Origin: Mobula hypostoma
Taxonomy: Eukaryota
DNA: 64,000 nt
Direction: 5' to 3'
NCBI RefSeq assembly: GCF_963921235.1
Contig: NC_086098.1
Location: 3,844,001-3,908,000, forward strand
A program made the position numbers and the translations under genes. The number at the start of each line of letters is the position of its first letter. Position 1 is the stretch's first letter. The notes under the pieces are model-generated. The model saw only the letters and a program-made list of their open reading frames with translations, did no database searches and was not told the DNA's origin. Positions 52,885 through 64,000 of the stretch are shown piece by piece.

Positions 52885-55800
52885 AAATTATTTTAAACCC
52901 TCCCCAGCAGCTCTAACAAACCTGCCCACAAGCTTGGTCCTCCTCGGGTTCAGATGCAACCTGTCACTTTTGTACAGGTCATTCCTTCCCCAGATGAGAT
53001 CCCTTTGATCCTAGAACCTGAAGCCCTACCCTCTGCACCAGCTTCTCAGCTACACATTAATCTGCTAAATTAACCTCTTCTATCCTCACTGGCGCATGGC
53101 ACAGGTAGAAATCCAGAAATTACTGCCTGGGAGGTTCCGCTTCTCAGATTTCTTCTTTGCTCTCTTAAATTTTCTTTTCAGGATCTCTTTGCTTTTCCTT
53201 CCTACACCATGGGTACCAATATGTACCAAGACATCTGGCTGCTTCCCTCCCCCTCCAAAACTCTGTGGACGCAATCCCAGATGTCTCTGACCCTGGCACC
53301 TGGGAGGCACCATATTAGTCGAGTGTCCCGTTCACATCCTCAGAACCTCCTGTCTGTTCCCTTCACTATTGAGTCCCCTATCACTACCACTCCCCTCTTC
53401 TCCGTCTTCCCCTTCTGTACCACGGACCCATGCCCAGTGCCAGTAACCTGTCTCCATGGCATTCCCCTGGGAGGTCATCCTCCACAACAGTATCCAAAAT
53501 GGTATACTTATTTTTGAGGGGAATGGCCACAGAGGTGCTCTGCACTAATTGCCTATTCACTGTCCCATCCTTGTTCGAAGAAGGAAGTCTGAGAATCAGA
53601 GCGGGAGTGCGGAGGAAGCCATTTTTGAATTTTTCGGTTTTTTTTCCATCGGCGTTCAGAGAGGCAGGACTGCGCAGGCGTGTGACGTTGGGCAGTGAAG
53701 CACGGAAGATTTAAAAGGAACAGAGCCTTATACAGCGGGCAGCGTAGTTTGCGGGCTGCGGAGTGAGCCGGGAGCAGAGTGAAGGCTTAAGGGCTTTGGC
53801 TCAACGGGCTTAGGTGGAAACGGGCGAGGCGAGGAAGATTTGTTTTTTTTTGTTGTTATTTGAGGAGAGGGGCAGTATGAGTGTGAGGGCAGTTTGTTGT
53901 TCTCGGTGCCGGATGTGGGAGGCCCTGGAGTCTCCATGCCTCCCGGACATCCACATCTGCGCCAGGTGCGCCGACATGCAGCTCCTAAGGGACCGCGTTA
54001 GGGAACTGGAGCTGCAGCTCGATGACCTTCGTCTGGTCAGGGAGAGTGAGGAGTTGATAGAGAGGAGTTACAGGCAGGTGGTCACACCGGGGCCACGGGA
54101 GGCAGACAAGTGGGTCACAGTTAGGAGGGAGAAAGGGAAGGGCAAGTGTCAGGTGATAGAGAGTACCCCGGTGGCTGTGCCCCTTGACAATAGGTACTCC
54201 TGTTTGAGTACTGTTGGGGGGGGACAGCTTACCTGGGGGAAGCGACAGTGGCCGTGCCTCCGGCACAGAGTCTGGCCCTGTAGCTCAGAAGGGTAGGGAA
54301 AGGAAGAGGAGGGCAGTTGTAATAGGGGACTCGATAGTAAGGGGGTCAGATAGGCGATTCTGTGGACGCAGTCCAGAGACCCGGATGGTAGTTTGCCTCC
54401 CTGGTGCCAGGGTCTGGGATATTTCTGATCGTGTCCAAGATATCCTGAAGTGGGAGGGTGAGGAGCCAGAGGTTGTGGTACATATAGCTACTAATGACAT
54501 AGGTAGGAAAAGGGAAGATGTCCTGAAAGGAGAATATAGGGAGTTAGGAAGGGAGTTGAGAAAAAGAACCGCAAAGGTAGTAATCTCGGGATTACTGCCT
54601 GTGCCACGCGACAGTGAGAGTAGGAATGGAATGAGGTGGAGGATAAATGTGTGGCTGAGGGATTGGAGCAGGGGTCAGGGATTCAAGTTTTTGGATCATT
54701 GGGACCTCTTTTGGCGTAGGTATGACCTGTTCAAAAAGGATGGGTTACACTTGAATCCTAGGGGGACCAATATCCTGGCGGGGAGATTTGCGAGGGCTAC
54801 TGAGGTGACTTTAAACTAGAATGGTTGGGGGGTGGGAATCAAATTAAAGAGGCTAGGAGAGAGGAGGTTAGTTCACAACAGGGGGATGGGAACAAGTACA
54901 GAGTGACAGGGGGGCTGTAAAATGAAGGTAGAAGCAAAACGTAGTAAGGTGAAAGTAAAAGTGGCAGGCCGGCAAATCCAGGGCAAAAATCAAAAAGGGC
55001 CACTTTTCAACATAATTGTATAAGGGCTAAGAGAGTTGTAAAAGCGCGCCTGAAGGCTTTGTGTGTCAATGCAAGGAGCATTCGTAACAAGGTGGATGAA
55101 TTGAAAGTGCAGATTGTTATTAATGAATATGATATAGTTGGAATCACAGAGACATGGCTCCAGGGTGACCAGGGATGGGAGCTCAACGTTCAGGGATATT
55201 CAATATTCAGGAGGGATAGACATGAAAGAAAAGGAGGTGGGGTAGTATTGCTGGTTAGAGAGGAGATTAACGCAATAGAAAGGAAGGACATTAGGCTGGA
55301 GGATGTGGAATCGATATGGGTAGAGCTGCATAACACTAAGGGGCAGAAAACGCTGGTGGGAGTTGTGTACAGGTCACCTAATAGTAGTAGTGAAGTTGGG
55401 GATGGTATTAAACAGGAGATTAGAAATGTGTGCAATAAAGGAACAGCAGTTATAATGGGTGACTCCAATCTACATATAGATTAGGAAACCAAATTGGTAA
55501 GGGTGCTGAGGAAGAGGATTTCTTGGAATGTATGCGAGATGGTTTTTTGAACCAACACGTCGAGGAACCAACTAGAAAGCAGGCTATTCTAGACTGGGTA
55601 TTGAGCAATGAGGAAGGGTTAATTAGCAATCTTGTCGAGAGAGGCCCCTTGGGTAAGAGTGACCATAATATGGTGAAATTCTTTATTAAGATGGAGAGTG
55701 ACATAGTTAATTCAGAAACAAAGGTTCTGAACTTAAAGAAGGGTAACTTTGAAGGTATGAGATGTGAATTAGCTAAGATAGAATGGCATATGACACCTAA

Positions 55801-56977
55801 AGAGTTGACGGTGGATATGCAATGGCAAGCATTTAAAGATCGCATGGATGAACTACAACAATTCTTCATTCCAGTCTGGCAAAAGAATAAATCAAGGAAG
55901 GTAGTGCACCCATGGCTGACAAGGGAAATTAGGGATAGTATCAATTCCAAAGAAGAAGCATACAAGTTAGCCAGAAAAAGTGGCTCACCTGAGGACTGGG
56001 AGAAATTCAGAGTCCAGCAGAGGAGGACAAAGGGCTTAATTAGGAAGGGGAAAAAAGATTATGAGAGAAAACTGGCAGGGAACATAAAAACTGACTGTAA
56101 AAGCTTTTATAGATATATGAAAAGAAAAAGATTGGTTAAGACAAATGTAGGTCCCCTACAGACAGAAACAGGTGAATTGATTATGGGGAGCAAGGACATG
56201 GCAGACCAATTGAATAACTACTTTGGTTCTGTCTTCACTAAGGAGGACATAAATAATCTTCCGGAAATAGTAGGGGACAGAGGGTCCAGTGAGATGGAGG
56301 AACTGAGGGAAATACATGTTAGTAGGGAAGTGGTGTTAGGTAAATTGAAGGGATTAAAGGCAGATAAATCCCCAGGGCCAGATGGTCTGCATCCCAGAGT
56401 GCTTAAGGAAGTAGCCCAAGAAATAGTGGCTGCATTAGTGATAATTTTTCAAAACTCTTTAGATTCTGGACTAGTTCCTGAGGATTGGAGGGTGGCTAAT
56501 GTAACCCCACTTTTTAAAAAAGGAGGGAGAGAGAAACCAGGGAATTAAAGACTGGTTAGCCTGACATCGGCGGTGGGGAAAATGCGAGAGTCAGTTATCA
56601 AAGATGTGATAATAGCGCATTTGGAAAGCGGTGAAATCATCGGACAAAGTCAGCATGAATTTGTGAAAGGAAAATCATGTCAGACGATTCTCATAGAATT
56701 TTTTGAGGATGTAACTAGTAGAGTGGATAGGGGAGAACCAGTGGATGTGGTATATCTGGATTTTCAAAAGGCTTTTGACAAGGTCCCACACAGGAAATTA
56801 GTGTGCAAACTTAAAGCACACGGTATTAGGGGTAATGCATTGATGTGGATAGAGAATTGGTTAGCAGACAGGAAGCAAAGAGTGGGAATAAACGGGACCT
56901 TTTCAGAATGGCAGGCAGTGACTAGTGGGGTACCGCAAGGCTCAGTGCTGGGACCCCATTTGTTTACAATATATATT

Positions 56978-57572
56978 TTAATTCCACACATTTTAATTCC
57001 ACATCCCATTCCCATTCTGACATGTCTATCCACGGCCTCCTCTACTGTAAAGATGAAGCCACACTCAGGTTGGAGGAACAACACCTTATATTCCGTCTGG
57101 GTAGCCTCCAACCTGATGGCATGAACATCGACTTCTCTAACTTCCACTAATGCCCCACCTCCCCCTTGTACCCCATCCGTTATTTATTTTTATACACACA
57201 TTCTTTTTCTCTCTCTCCTTTTTCTCCCTCTGTCCCTCTGACTATACCCCTTGCCCATCCGCTGGTTCCCCGCCCCCTTGTCTTTCTTCCCGGACCTCCT
57301 GTCCCATGATCTTCTCGTATCCCTTTTGCCAATCACCTGTCCAGCTCTTGGTTCCATCCTTCCCCCTCCTGTCTTCTCCTATCATTTTGGATCTCCCCCT
57401 CCCCCCCCCCACTTTCAAATCTCTTACTAACTCTTCCTTCAGTTAGTCCTGACGAAGGGTCTCGGCCTGAAACGTCGACTGTACCTCTTCCTAGAGATGC
57501 TGCCTGGCCTGCTGTGTTCACCAGCAACTTTGATGTGTGTTGCTTGAATTTCCAGCACCTGCAGAATTCCTG
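56978..57572 (+). mobile_element. Penelope-like 3' fragment inserted in the CR1 RT
   Basis: Direct repeat TTGTTTACAATATATATT at 56960-77 and 57573-90. Removing the insert restores GPHLFTIYI-NDLDEG. Closely matches the reverse complement of 51830-52390. Confidence 0.95.
57445..57480 (+). ncRNA. Minimal type I hammerhead ribozyme motif in a PLE terminal repeat
   Basis: AGTC-CTGACGA-A-GGG-TCTCGG-CCT-GAAA-CG-TC-GACT: helix I AGTC/GACT, core CUGANGA and GAAA, helix II, palindromic minimal helix III, GUC cleavage triplet. Confidence 0.78.
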
Positions 57573-58889
57573 TTGTTTACAATATATATTAATGACTTAG
57601 ATGAGGGAATTAAATGCAGCATCTCCAAGTTTGCGGATGACACGAAGCTGGGTGGCAGTGTTAGCTGTGAGGAGGATGCTAAGAGGATGCAGGGTGACTT
57701 GGATAGGTTAGGTGAGTGGGCAAATTCATGGCAGATGCAATTTAATGTGGATAAATGTGAGGTTATCCACTTTGGTGGCAAAAACAGGAAAACAGATTAT
57801 TATTTGAATGGTGGCAGATTAGGAAAAGGGGAGGTGCAACGAGACCTGGGTGTCATTATACACCAGTCATTGAAAGTGGGCATGCAGGTACAGCAGGCAG
57901 TGAAAAAGGCGAATGGTATGCTGGCATTCATAGCAAGAGGATTCGAGTACAGGAGCAGGGAGGTACTACTGCAGTTGTACAAGGCCTTGGTGAGACCACA
58001 CCTGGAGTACTGGGTGCAGTTTTGGTCCCCTAATCTGAGGAAAGACATCCTTGCCATAGGGGGAGTACAAAGAAGGTTTACCAGATTGATTCCTGGGATG
58101 GCAGGACTTTCATATGATGAAAGACTGGATCGTCTAGGCTTATACTAGTTGGAATTTAGAAGATTGAGGGAGGATCTTATTGAAACATATAAAATCCTAA
58201 AGGGATTGGACAGGCTAGATGCAGGAAGATTGTTCCTGATGTTGGGGAAGTCCAGAACGAGGGGTCACAGTTTGAGGATAAAGGGGAAGCCTTTTAGGAC
58301 CGAGATTAGGAAATACTTCTTCACACAGAGAGTGGTGAATCTGTGGAATTCTCTGCCACAGGAAACAGTTGAGGCCAGTTCATTGGCTATATTTAAGAGG
58401 GAGTTAGATATGGCCCTTGTGGCTAAAGGGATCAGGGGGTATGGGGGTGAGGGGGGGAAGGCTGGTACAGGGTTCTGAGTTGGATGATCAGCCATGATCA
58501 TACTGAATGGTGGTGCAGGCTCGAAGGGCCAAATGGCCTACTCCTGCACCTATTTTCTATGTTTCTCCGGAAAGTCACCCAGCCACTCACCTCCTGCAAC
58601 TTCAGGGTGACTACTTCCTTGTAACTCTGATCAGTTATCTCCTCACTCTCCTATACAAGCCGAAGGTCATCCAGCTGCTGCTCCTGATCCCTAAAACAGA
58701 CTTCAAGAAGCTACAGCCAGATACACTTCACGTAGATGTAGTTCCAACTTCCGGCATGAAGAACATATAGTGGTCATTGCTATCTTAGGTACAGTAAGAG
58801 GGGGAAAAAAAGGGGACCTTCACAGAAACTTACCCAGAGCCAACGCCTCTTTTGAGCCACAGTCTCCTTTGAGCCAAAGCCTGACACTC

Positions 58890-59288
58890 GCGAAACTCTC
58901 TCTTTGAACAAGCATCACCAATCTGTGCGAAGTCTCGTCGCTGTGGCCTGCTCCTGCCACTGCTTGGTCCGTCGAATGAGCCCAGATGCCTGCGAAACTC
59001 TCTCTTTAAACAAGCGTCGCCCACCTGCGAGAAACATCATCGCTGTGGTGTGCTCCTGCCGCTGGTTGGGCCATTGGAATGAGCCTGAACCCCCGCGAAA
59101 CTCTGTCTTTGAACAAGCATCGCCGACGTGTGCAAAATCTCGTCGCTGTGGCCTGCTCCCGCCACTGATTGGGCTGCTGGAATGAGCCTGAACCTCCCGT
59201 GAAGCTCTCCTTTTAAACAAACGTCACCAACCTGTGAGAAACATCATCGCTGTGGCCTGCTCCTGCTACTGATTGGGCCGTTGGAATG
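58890..59288 (-). repeat. 4 x ~103-bp monomer array (ABAB) at the 5' end of the minus-strand CR1
   Basis: Units start at 58890, 58992, 59095 and 59199. Units 1/3 and 2/4 share diagnostic variants. Confidence 0.88.
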
Positions 59289-59379
59289 TAAGACAAGTTT
59301 TTCATTGTTCCTCAATATATACTGTATGACAATTTACCATTTTAATATACTGGTACCATTGACAAACTGCCTTACTAAG

Positions 59380-61440
59380 TCAGTCAGAAGGTCATTGAGG
59401 GCATTAGTGTTTCCATACCAGGCTGTGATGCAGTCTGTCAATATATTCTCCACTACATATCTATAGAAATTTGTCAAAGTTTTACTCCTAAGGATGTAGA
59501 GGCACTGCCGTGCTTTCTTCATAATTGCACTTACATGCTGGGCCCAGGCAGCTCCTCCGAAATAATAACACCAAGGAGTTTAAAGTTGCTGACCCTCTCT
59601 ACCTCTGATCCTCTGATGAGGACTGACTCATAGACCTCTAGGTTCCTTCTGAAGTCAATAATCAGCTCCTCCATCTTGCTGACATTGAGTAAGAGGTTGT
59701 TGTATTGCACCACTCAAGTCAGCTATTCAATCTCCCTCCTATCATGTTGATTCATCACCACCTTCGACTTGGCCTACTGCAGTGATGTCCTCAGCAAACT
59801 TGAATATAGCATTGTAGCTATGCTTAGCCACGCAGTCATAAGTGTAAAGTGAGTAGGACAGGGGGCTAAGCACGCTTGTGCTGATGGAGATCATGGAGAA
59901 GATGTTATTGTCAATCCGAACTGACTGGTGTCTGCAAGTGAAGAAATGGAAGATCCAATTGCACAGGGGGATATTGATGCCAAGATCATGGAGCTAATTG
60001 ATTTGCTTTGAGGGAATTATACCATTGAATGCTGAGCTGTAGTCTATAAAGAACATCCTGATATTTGATTCTTTGCTGTCCAGTTGTTCCAGGGTTGAGT
60101 GAAGAGCCAATGAATTGGCATCTGCTGTAGACCTATTGCTACGGTAGGCAAACTGGAGCGAATCTAAGTCGCTTCTCAGGCAGCGTGTGATATGTTTCAT
60201 CACCAACCTCTTAAAGCACTTCATCACTGTGGATGTAAGTACTGCTGGACGATAGGCCTTCAGGCAGGTTACCGCATTCTTCTTAGGCACTGGTACATTT
60301 GAAGCCTGCTTGAAGCAAGAGGTACCTCACTGCTGATGTGAGAGGTTAAACATCTCAGTGATCATTCGAACCAGTAGATCATCTACTCCATCTGGGCCAG
60401 ATGCCTTTCACAGAATCCCCTTCCTGAAGGCTGCTCACACTTCAGCCTCATTGGATCATTGGGGGATGTGGGAGTTGGTGGTGGCTCCTCTGTGTTTTGA
60501 TGGTCAAAGTAAGCATAGCAGGCATTGAGCTCATCTGGAAGCAAAGCCCTGTTGTTACCGACATTGCTTGATTTAACTTCATAAGAGGTGATAGCATTCA
60601 AGCCCTGCCACAACTGTCGAGCATCCTTCATTGTCAAATTTACTCTGGAATTGCCACCTCGCTTGTGAAATAGCTTTAAGGAGAGCTGGACCTCTTGTAA
60701 CTTTCCTAGTGCCCAGACTTGAATGCCTCTGATCTAGCCCTCAGCAAATTGTGGATCTCATGGTTCATCCAGGGCTTCTGACTGGGGAGGACACTGAATG
60801 ATTTTGTATAACAGTGGTCTAGTGTGCTACAAGTTAGATGCTGATGGTAATTGGGCAGGGTTTTCTTCAAGTAAGCCTGTCTGAAGACTCTGACTATGAT
60901 TTGAAATGCATCAAGATGTACTGTTTCTTGCTTGGAGACGGCATCATGCAAAATCTCAAACACTTGATTATAGTCGGCCACTGGTGGTATGTAAACTGCA
61001 GTCAGGATTATGGAGGCAATCTCTCTAGGAAAATAGAATGGACTGATTATTAAGTGTTCCAGTTCGGGAGAACACAAGTTTGACAAAACCATCACATCAG
61101 AGAACCACCAAGAGTTTGTCGTAAAGCACACATCTCCTCCTTTTGCCTTTTCCAAATCAACAGTTCAGTCCATTCTTTAAATACGTACCTCCCGGTTTGA
61201 TCACTATCTGGTGTGCTGGGAGACAGCCAAGTTTCACTCAGACATAGAATACAACAATGCCTCATTTCTCTCAGGTACAGCGAACTTTCCCTCAGGTCCT
61301 CAATTTTGTTTTCCAGTGACTGCACATTTACTAACAAAATGATGGGTAGAGGGGCCTCATCTCTCTGCATTTCAGCCTGGCGTGGGTTCCCTCCCTCATG
61401 CCTCACTTCCAGCCATGGTGATGAACCTTTGACCACTTAA
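59380..61440 (-). mobile_element. Rex/Babar LINE with APE and RT remnants
   Basis: LLVNVQSLENK...LCLSETWL; AVYIPP; YRPAVLTSTVMKCFKRLV; QFAYRSNRST.DA; FIDYSSAFN. Confidence 0.92.
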
Positions 61441-61879
61441 AGATGCTATTCTTTCCTGATCCGTCAAGACCTTCAGACAGTCATGAAGTCTTTAGATCAT
61501 TTAGTTGATTTAAAAATACATTGTTTAGAAGGAAATTATGTGCTGCAGATTGCAGTGGAGTAATTTGAAAGAGGTATATTTAAAAATATATTTGGAAGTA
61601 TTGTCTGTAACCCACAGAACATAACCATTGTGAGGAAAAGCCATAGTGATCCCAGATGCCAAAGTGGAATGGTTTACATTTTGGTGTAAAATTCATTTTA
61701 ATATTATACTGTTTTCTGTTTTAGTACAGTCTATAGTGAATTTTCATTTTTATCAGTATAGAATGCATTTATATTATATGTCTGTTGCTTTGGATTTCCA
61801 GCACCTGCAGAATTTCTTGTTTACAATATTTTCCGCCTGCTTGCACGCTAATTTATATCCTACTGAAAAATGAGCTTGT

Positions 61880-62480
61880 GATCAGCAGGTTTTCTACCTG
61901 CCGACGAAAGTGAAAATTCACCCCAAGGAGTTGCTTTAATTGAAGTACACTCCATTTCCTCAGAATAAGACAGCAACAAGACGACTGTGGCTTGCATTAA
62001 CTTTAATTAAATAATAAGTTGTCAGTCGAACATAGTGTTTCATCTGTATTTTCAGCACCAAAGGCGTTATTTAAAAAAAAACTTGGCTGAAGTGAAGTTA
62101 GGTCAGATTTTTAATTTTTTCAGTGCTAATTAATAGCAAGACTTTATTATTGATCATGATTGATTAAAGAGAATAGGCTTTGTGCATTCTGCTTTGTTAA
62201 TATGCCTTGTTCATTTTTAAAATCTACAACAGGCTTTAACACTTTCAGAATTAAATTGTTCATTCCCCATTTACCGATTTGGAAGCTCAGAAATAGTATT
62301 CAGCCTGTGAAACGTGTTGAGCCTTTGTCCTCTGTGGGAGTCCACCCTTTGTCCTAACTGGATGCGTTTTTAGGCCACTTGTGTTTCAACTGTTGCAACA
62401 ACAGATTAGCGGAGTACAGGATATCGATTTAATTGCGCACCAGACAAGAGCCCCTTATGTTATATCACTTTCTCAACCCC
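61880..62480. promoter_or_regulatory. Candidate conserved non-coding element (enhancer-like)
   Basis: Repeat-free island with no credible ORF and clustered TAATTA/ATTA, SOX-like (CTTTGT, ATTGTT) and TGTCA motifs. Conservation not tested. Confidence 0.45.
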
Positions 62481-63464
62481 GTCTACAGCTTTACTTTCCA
62501 GCTTTGTGTTATCTGTAGTGTTCTTCTGAAAGAGCTCTCTGTTCTATTCTTTTTTTCTCTCCCCACCACTTCTCCTTTCTTCCCAATTAGGAATTATTTT
62601 AGCTTATCTGCAGTTTGGGGGTTAATTAAAACGGAGACCATCCAGGAGACCGAATAAAGGCTCGGTGGACGCAGTTGCAATTACTTCTTGGGTTTCTTTG
62701 GAGATTGAAGCCTGCGATTGCTTTGAGCTGGACAGATGCAAGACAATAGCGAAAGGTTGAATGCCATGTAAGTGAAAAATGGAGAGACATTGCTGGGAAG
62801 AAAGAGAGATTCTCTGTAATAAGAAGGAGAAGCAAATGACCTTTTTGTGGTGGAGCTTTGGCTTTTAACTGTAATTCTAGGACATGACTAACAACTTAAT
62901 CAGCAGAAACTCCTGGCAACTCTCCAAGCACTTCCAGAGTATACCTAGCAGTAAAGCAAAGCAAAGATGAGTGATAGCCTTGATAGCTGTATATTATCTT
63001 CCCCGTGAGAGAGCGGCATAGTGAAGGTGCTGTCAGTCACCTAGAACTTGTACTTCTTTTAATTGCTATATCAGGGACAGCCAGTAAAATGCTGACCTGC
63101 CCTGCTAGTTTCTAACTGCAAAGCCAAAACTGCAACTCTGGCTCTGTGGTTTGCATGAGGTTATTACAGTTAAGATGTAGGAGTTCCGTGTTCAATCTCT
63201 CCACTCTGTAAGAAAGTTTGTACTTTCTTCCCTTGAGCGCATGATTTTCCTCTGGCTGCTCCAGTTTCCTGCCACAGTCCAAAAATGTACCGGTTAGTAG
63301 GTTAATTGGTCATTGTAAATTGACCTGTGATTATGCTTGGGTTAAATAGGTGTGTTGCTGGGTGGGGGTGGAGGTGAAGCTCGGGGAGCAGGAAAGGCCT
63401 GTTCTGTACTGTATCTCTAAATAAATAAATATAAGCAGTAAAATTTTGGAAAAGCATCAATGTG

Positions 63465-63601
63465 AACACAAGCGATTCTGCAGATGCTAGATATCCAGGG
63501 TAATACCCACACAAAATGCCGGAGGAATTCAGCAGGTCAGGCAACATCTGTGGAAATGAATAAGCAGTCGACGTTTCAGGCCAAGACCCTTCTTCAGATC
63601 T
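63465..63601 (-). mobile_element. PLE terminal-repeat fragment with hammerhead core (63566-63601)
   Basis: Minus strand AGAT-CTGAAGA-A-GGG-TCTTGG-CCT-GAAA-CG-TC-GACT. Confidence 0.75.
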
Positions 63602-64000
63602 GTCACCTGCAAGATGTGTTTGAAACTAGAATTTAAATTGTTATCTCAAAATGAGCAAAGTTATCCACCCCAGAGTCGGACTTAGCAGAAACAGATCATA
63701 ACATCAGAAGAATTATGCCCCGTTTAGTCCACAAACCTCTTGTGTTCTCTCTGAAGGAATTCTGATTTCCATGTCATTGAACCACTATTGATATTTCTGA
63801 ACATTTGTTTACCTTGCAGCTCCTTTTCCCACATAAATTTATGTTTCATTTTTACTGAAGGAATATGGAAGAGTTGACATGTTATACATTGCACTGCAGA
63901 AGTGACCACACTTTTGAAAACTGATAGGTTTTGACTGTGCAGTTTGAAACCAGCAGGGCAGGTCAACTCTTTACTGGCTGTCCCTGAAACAAGAATTAAA

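Larger units (their letters stand above)
53575..58566 (+). mobile_element. Near full-length CR1 LINE: 5' UTR, ORF1 (53877-54819, zinc finger + SGNH esterase), ORF2 (APE + RT, to 58478), 3' tail
   Basis: CxxC..CxxC, GDSIVRG, VVHIATND, DGLHLN; NARSIRNK, GITETWL, SDHN, YLDFQKAFDKVPH, GVPQGSVLGP, KFADDTK; tail tttctatgtttct. Few disabling lesions. Confidence 0.96.
51090..58870 (-). mobile_element. Internally deleted CR1 (3' end 51090-51600; APE; ORF1 esterase 52900-53570; ORF1 N-terminus 58566-58830) hosting a PLE and a full-length CR1
   Basis: IRNKVDDL..YDVV...WL; PDVLVHIGT; the minus-strand ORF1 remnant continues beyond 58566. Confidence 0.8.
11449..64000 (+). other. MMS22L: Large MMS22L intron (more than 52 kb, continues past the window)
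   Basis: GT donor at 11449. The expected next exon (...AVASALW..FF..LK..) was not found by eye in the non-repeat stretches. Confidence 0.75.

Noticed and set aside
54214..54819. Host SGNH esterase/lipase gene
   Set aside because: It is the esterase domain of CR1 ORF1, directly upstream of the APE-RT ORF2.
58890..59288. CRISPR-like or coding repeat (ORFs 58904-59185, 58915-59220)
   Set aside because: Whole units are homologous with no spacers, and the ORFs are by-products of a GC-rich repeat.

Overview
This is eukaryotic vertebrate DNA, most likely from a cartilaginous fish (ray or skate). That assignment is inferred from the V-SINE/HE1-like, CR1, Rex/Babar and Penelope repeat content. The only host gene recognised is MMS22L (+ strand). 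Three consecutive internal coding exons (5725-5844, 7577-7803, 10939-11448; 120, 227 and 510 bp) splice in frame. They are followed by an intron of more than 52 kb, with no further MMS22L exon recognised. Most of the window is nested, decayed transposons: CR1 LINEs (one near full length), Rex/Babar and RTE LINEs with non-autonomous derivatives, Penelope-like elements (PLEs), Tc1, Tigger, hAT and tRNA-derived SINEs. Nearly all ORFs in the supplied track are transposon fragments or spurious. The most notable signals are: minimal hammerhead ribozyme motifs in the PLE terminal repeats, one intact on the MMS22L sense strand; PLE insertions with 14-18 bp target duplications starting at GTTTA; a Charlie3/MER1-like hAT (horizontal-transfer candidate); an ABAB ~103-bp monomer array at a CR1 5' end; an ancient DeuSINE relic; and several repeat-free islands that look like conserved enhancers. 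I found no prokaryote-type system such as CRISPR. Family names come from recalled sequence similarity, not database searches, and repeat boundaries are approximate unless a TSD or TIR is quoted.
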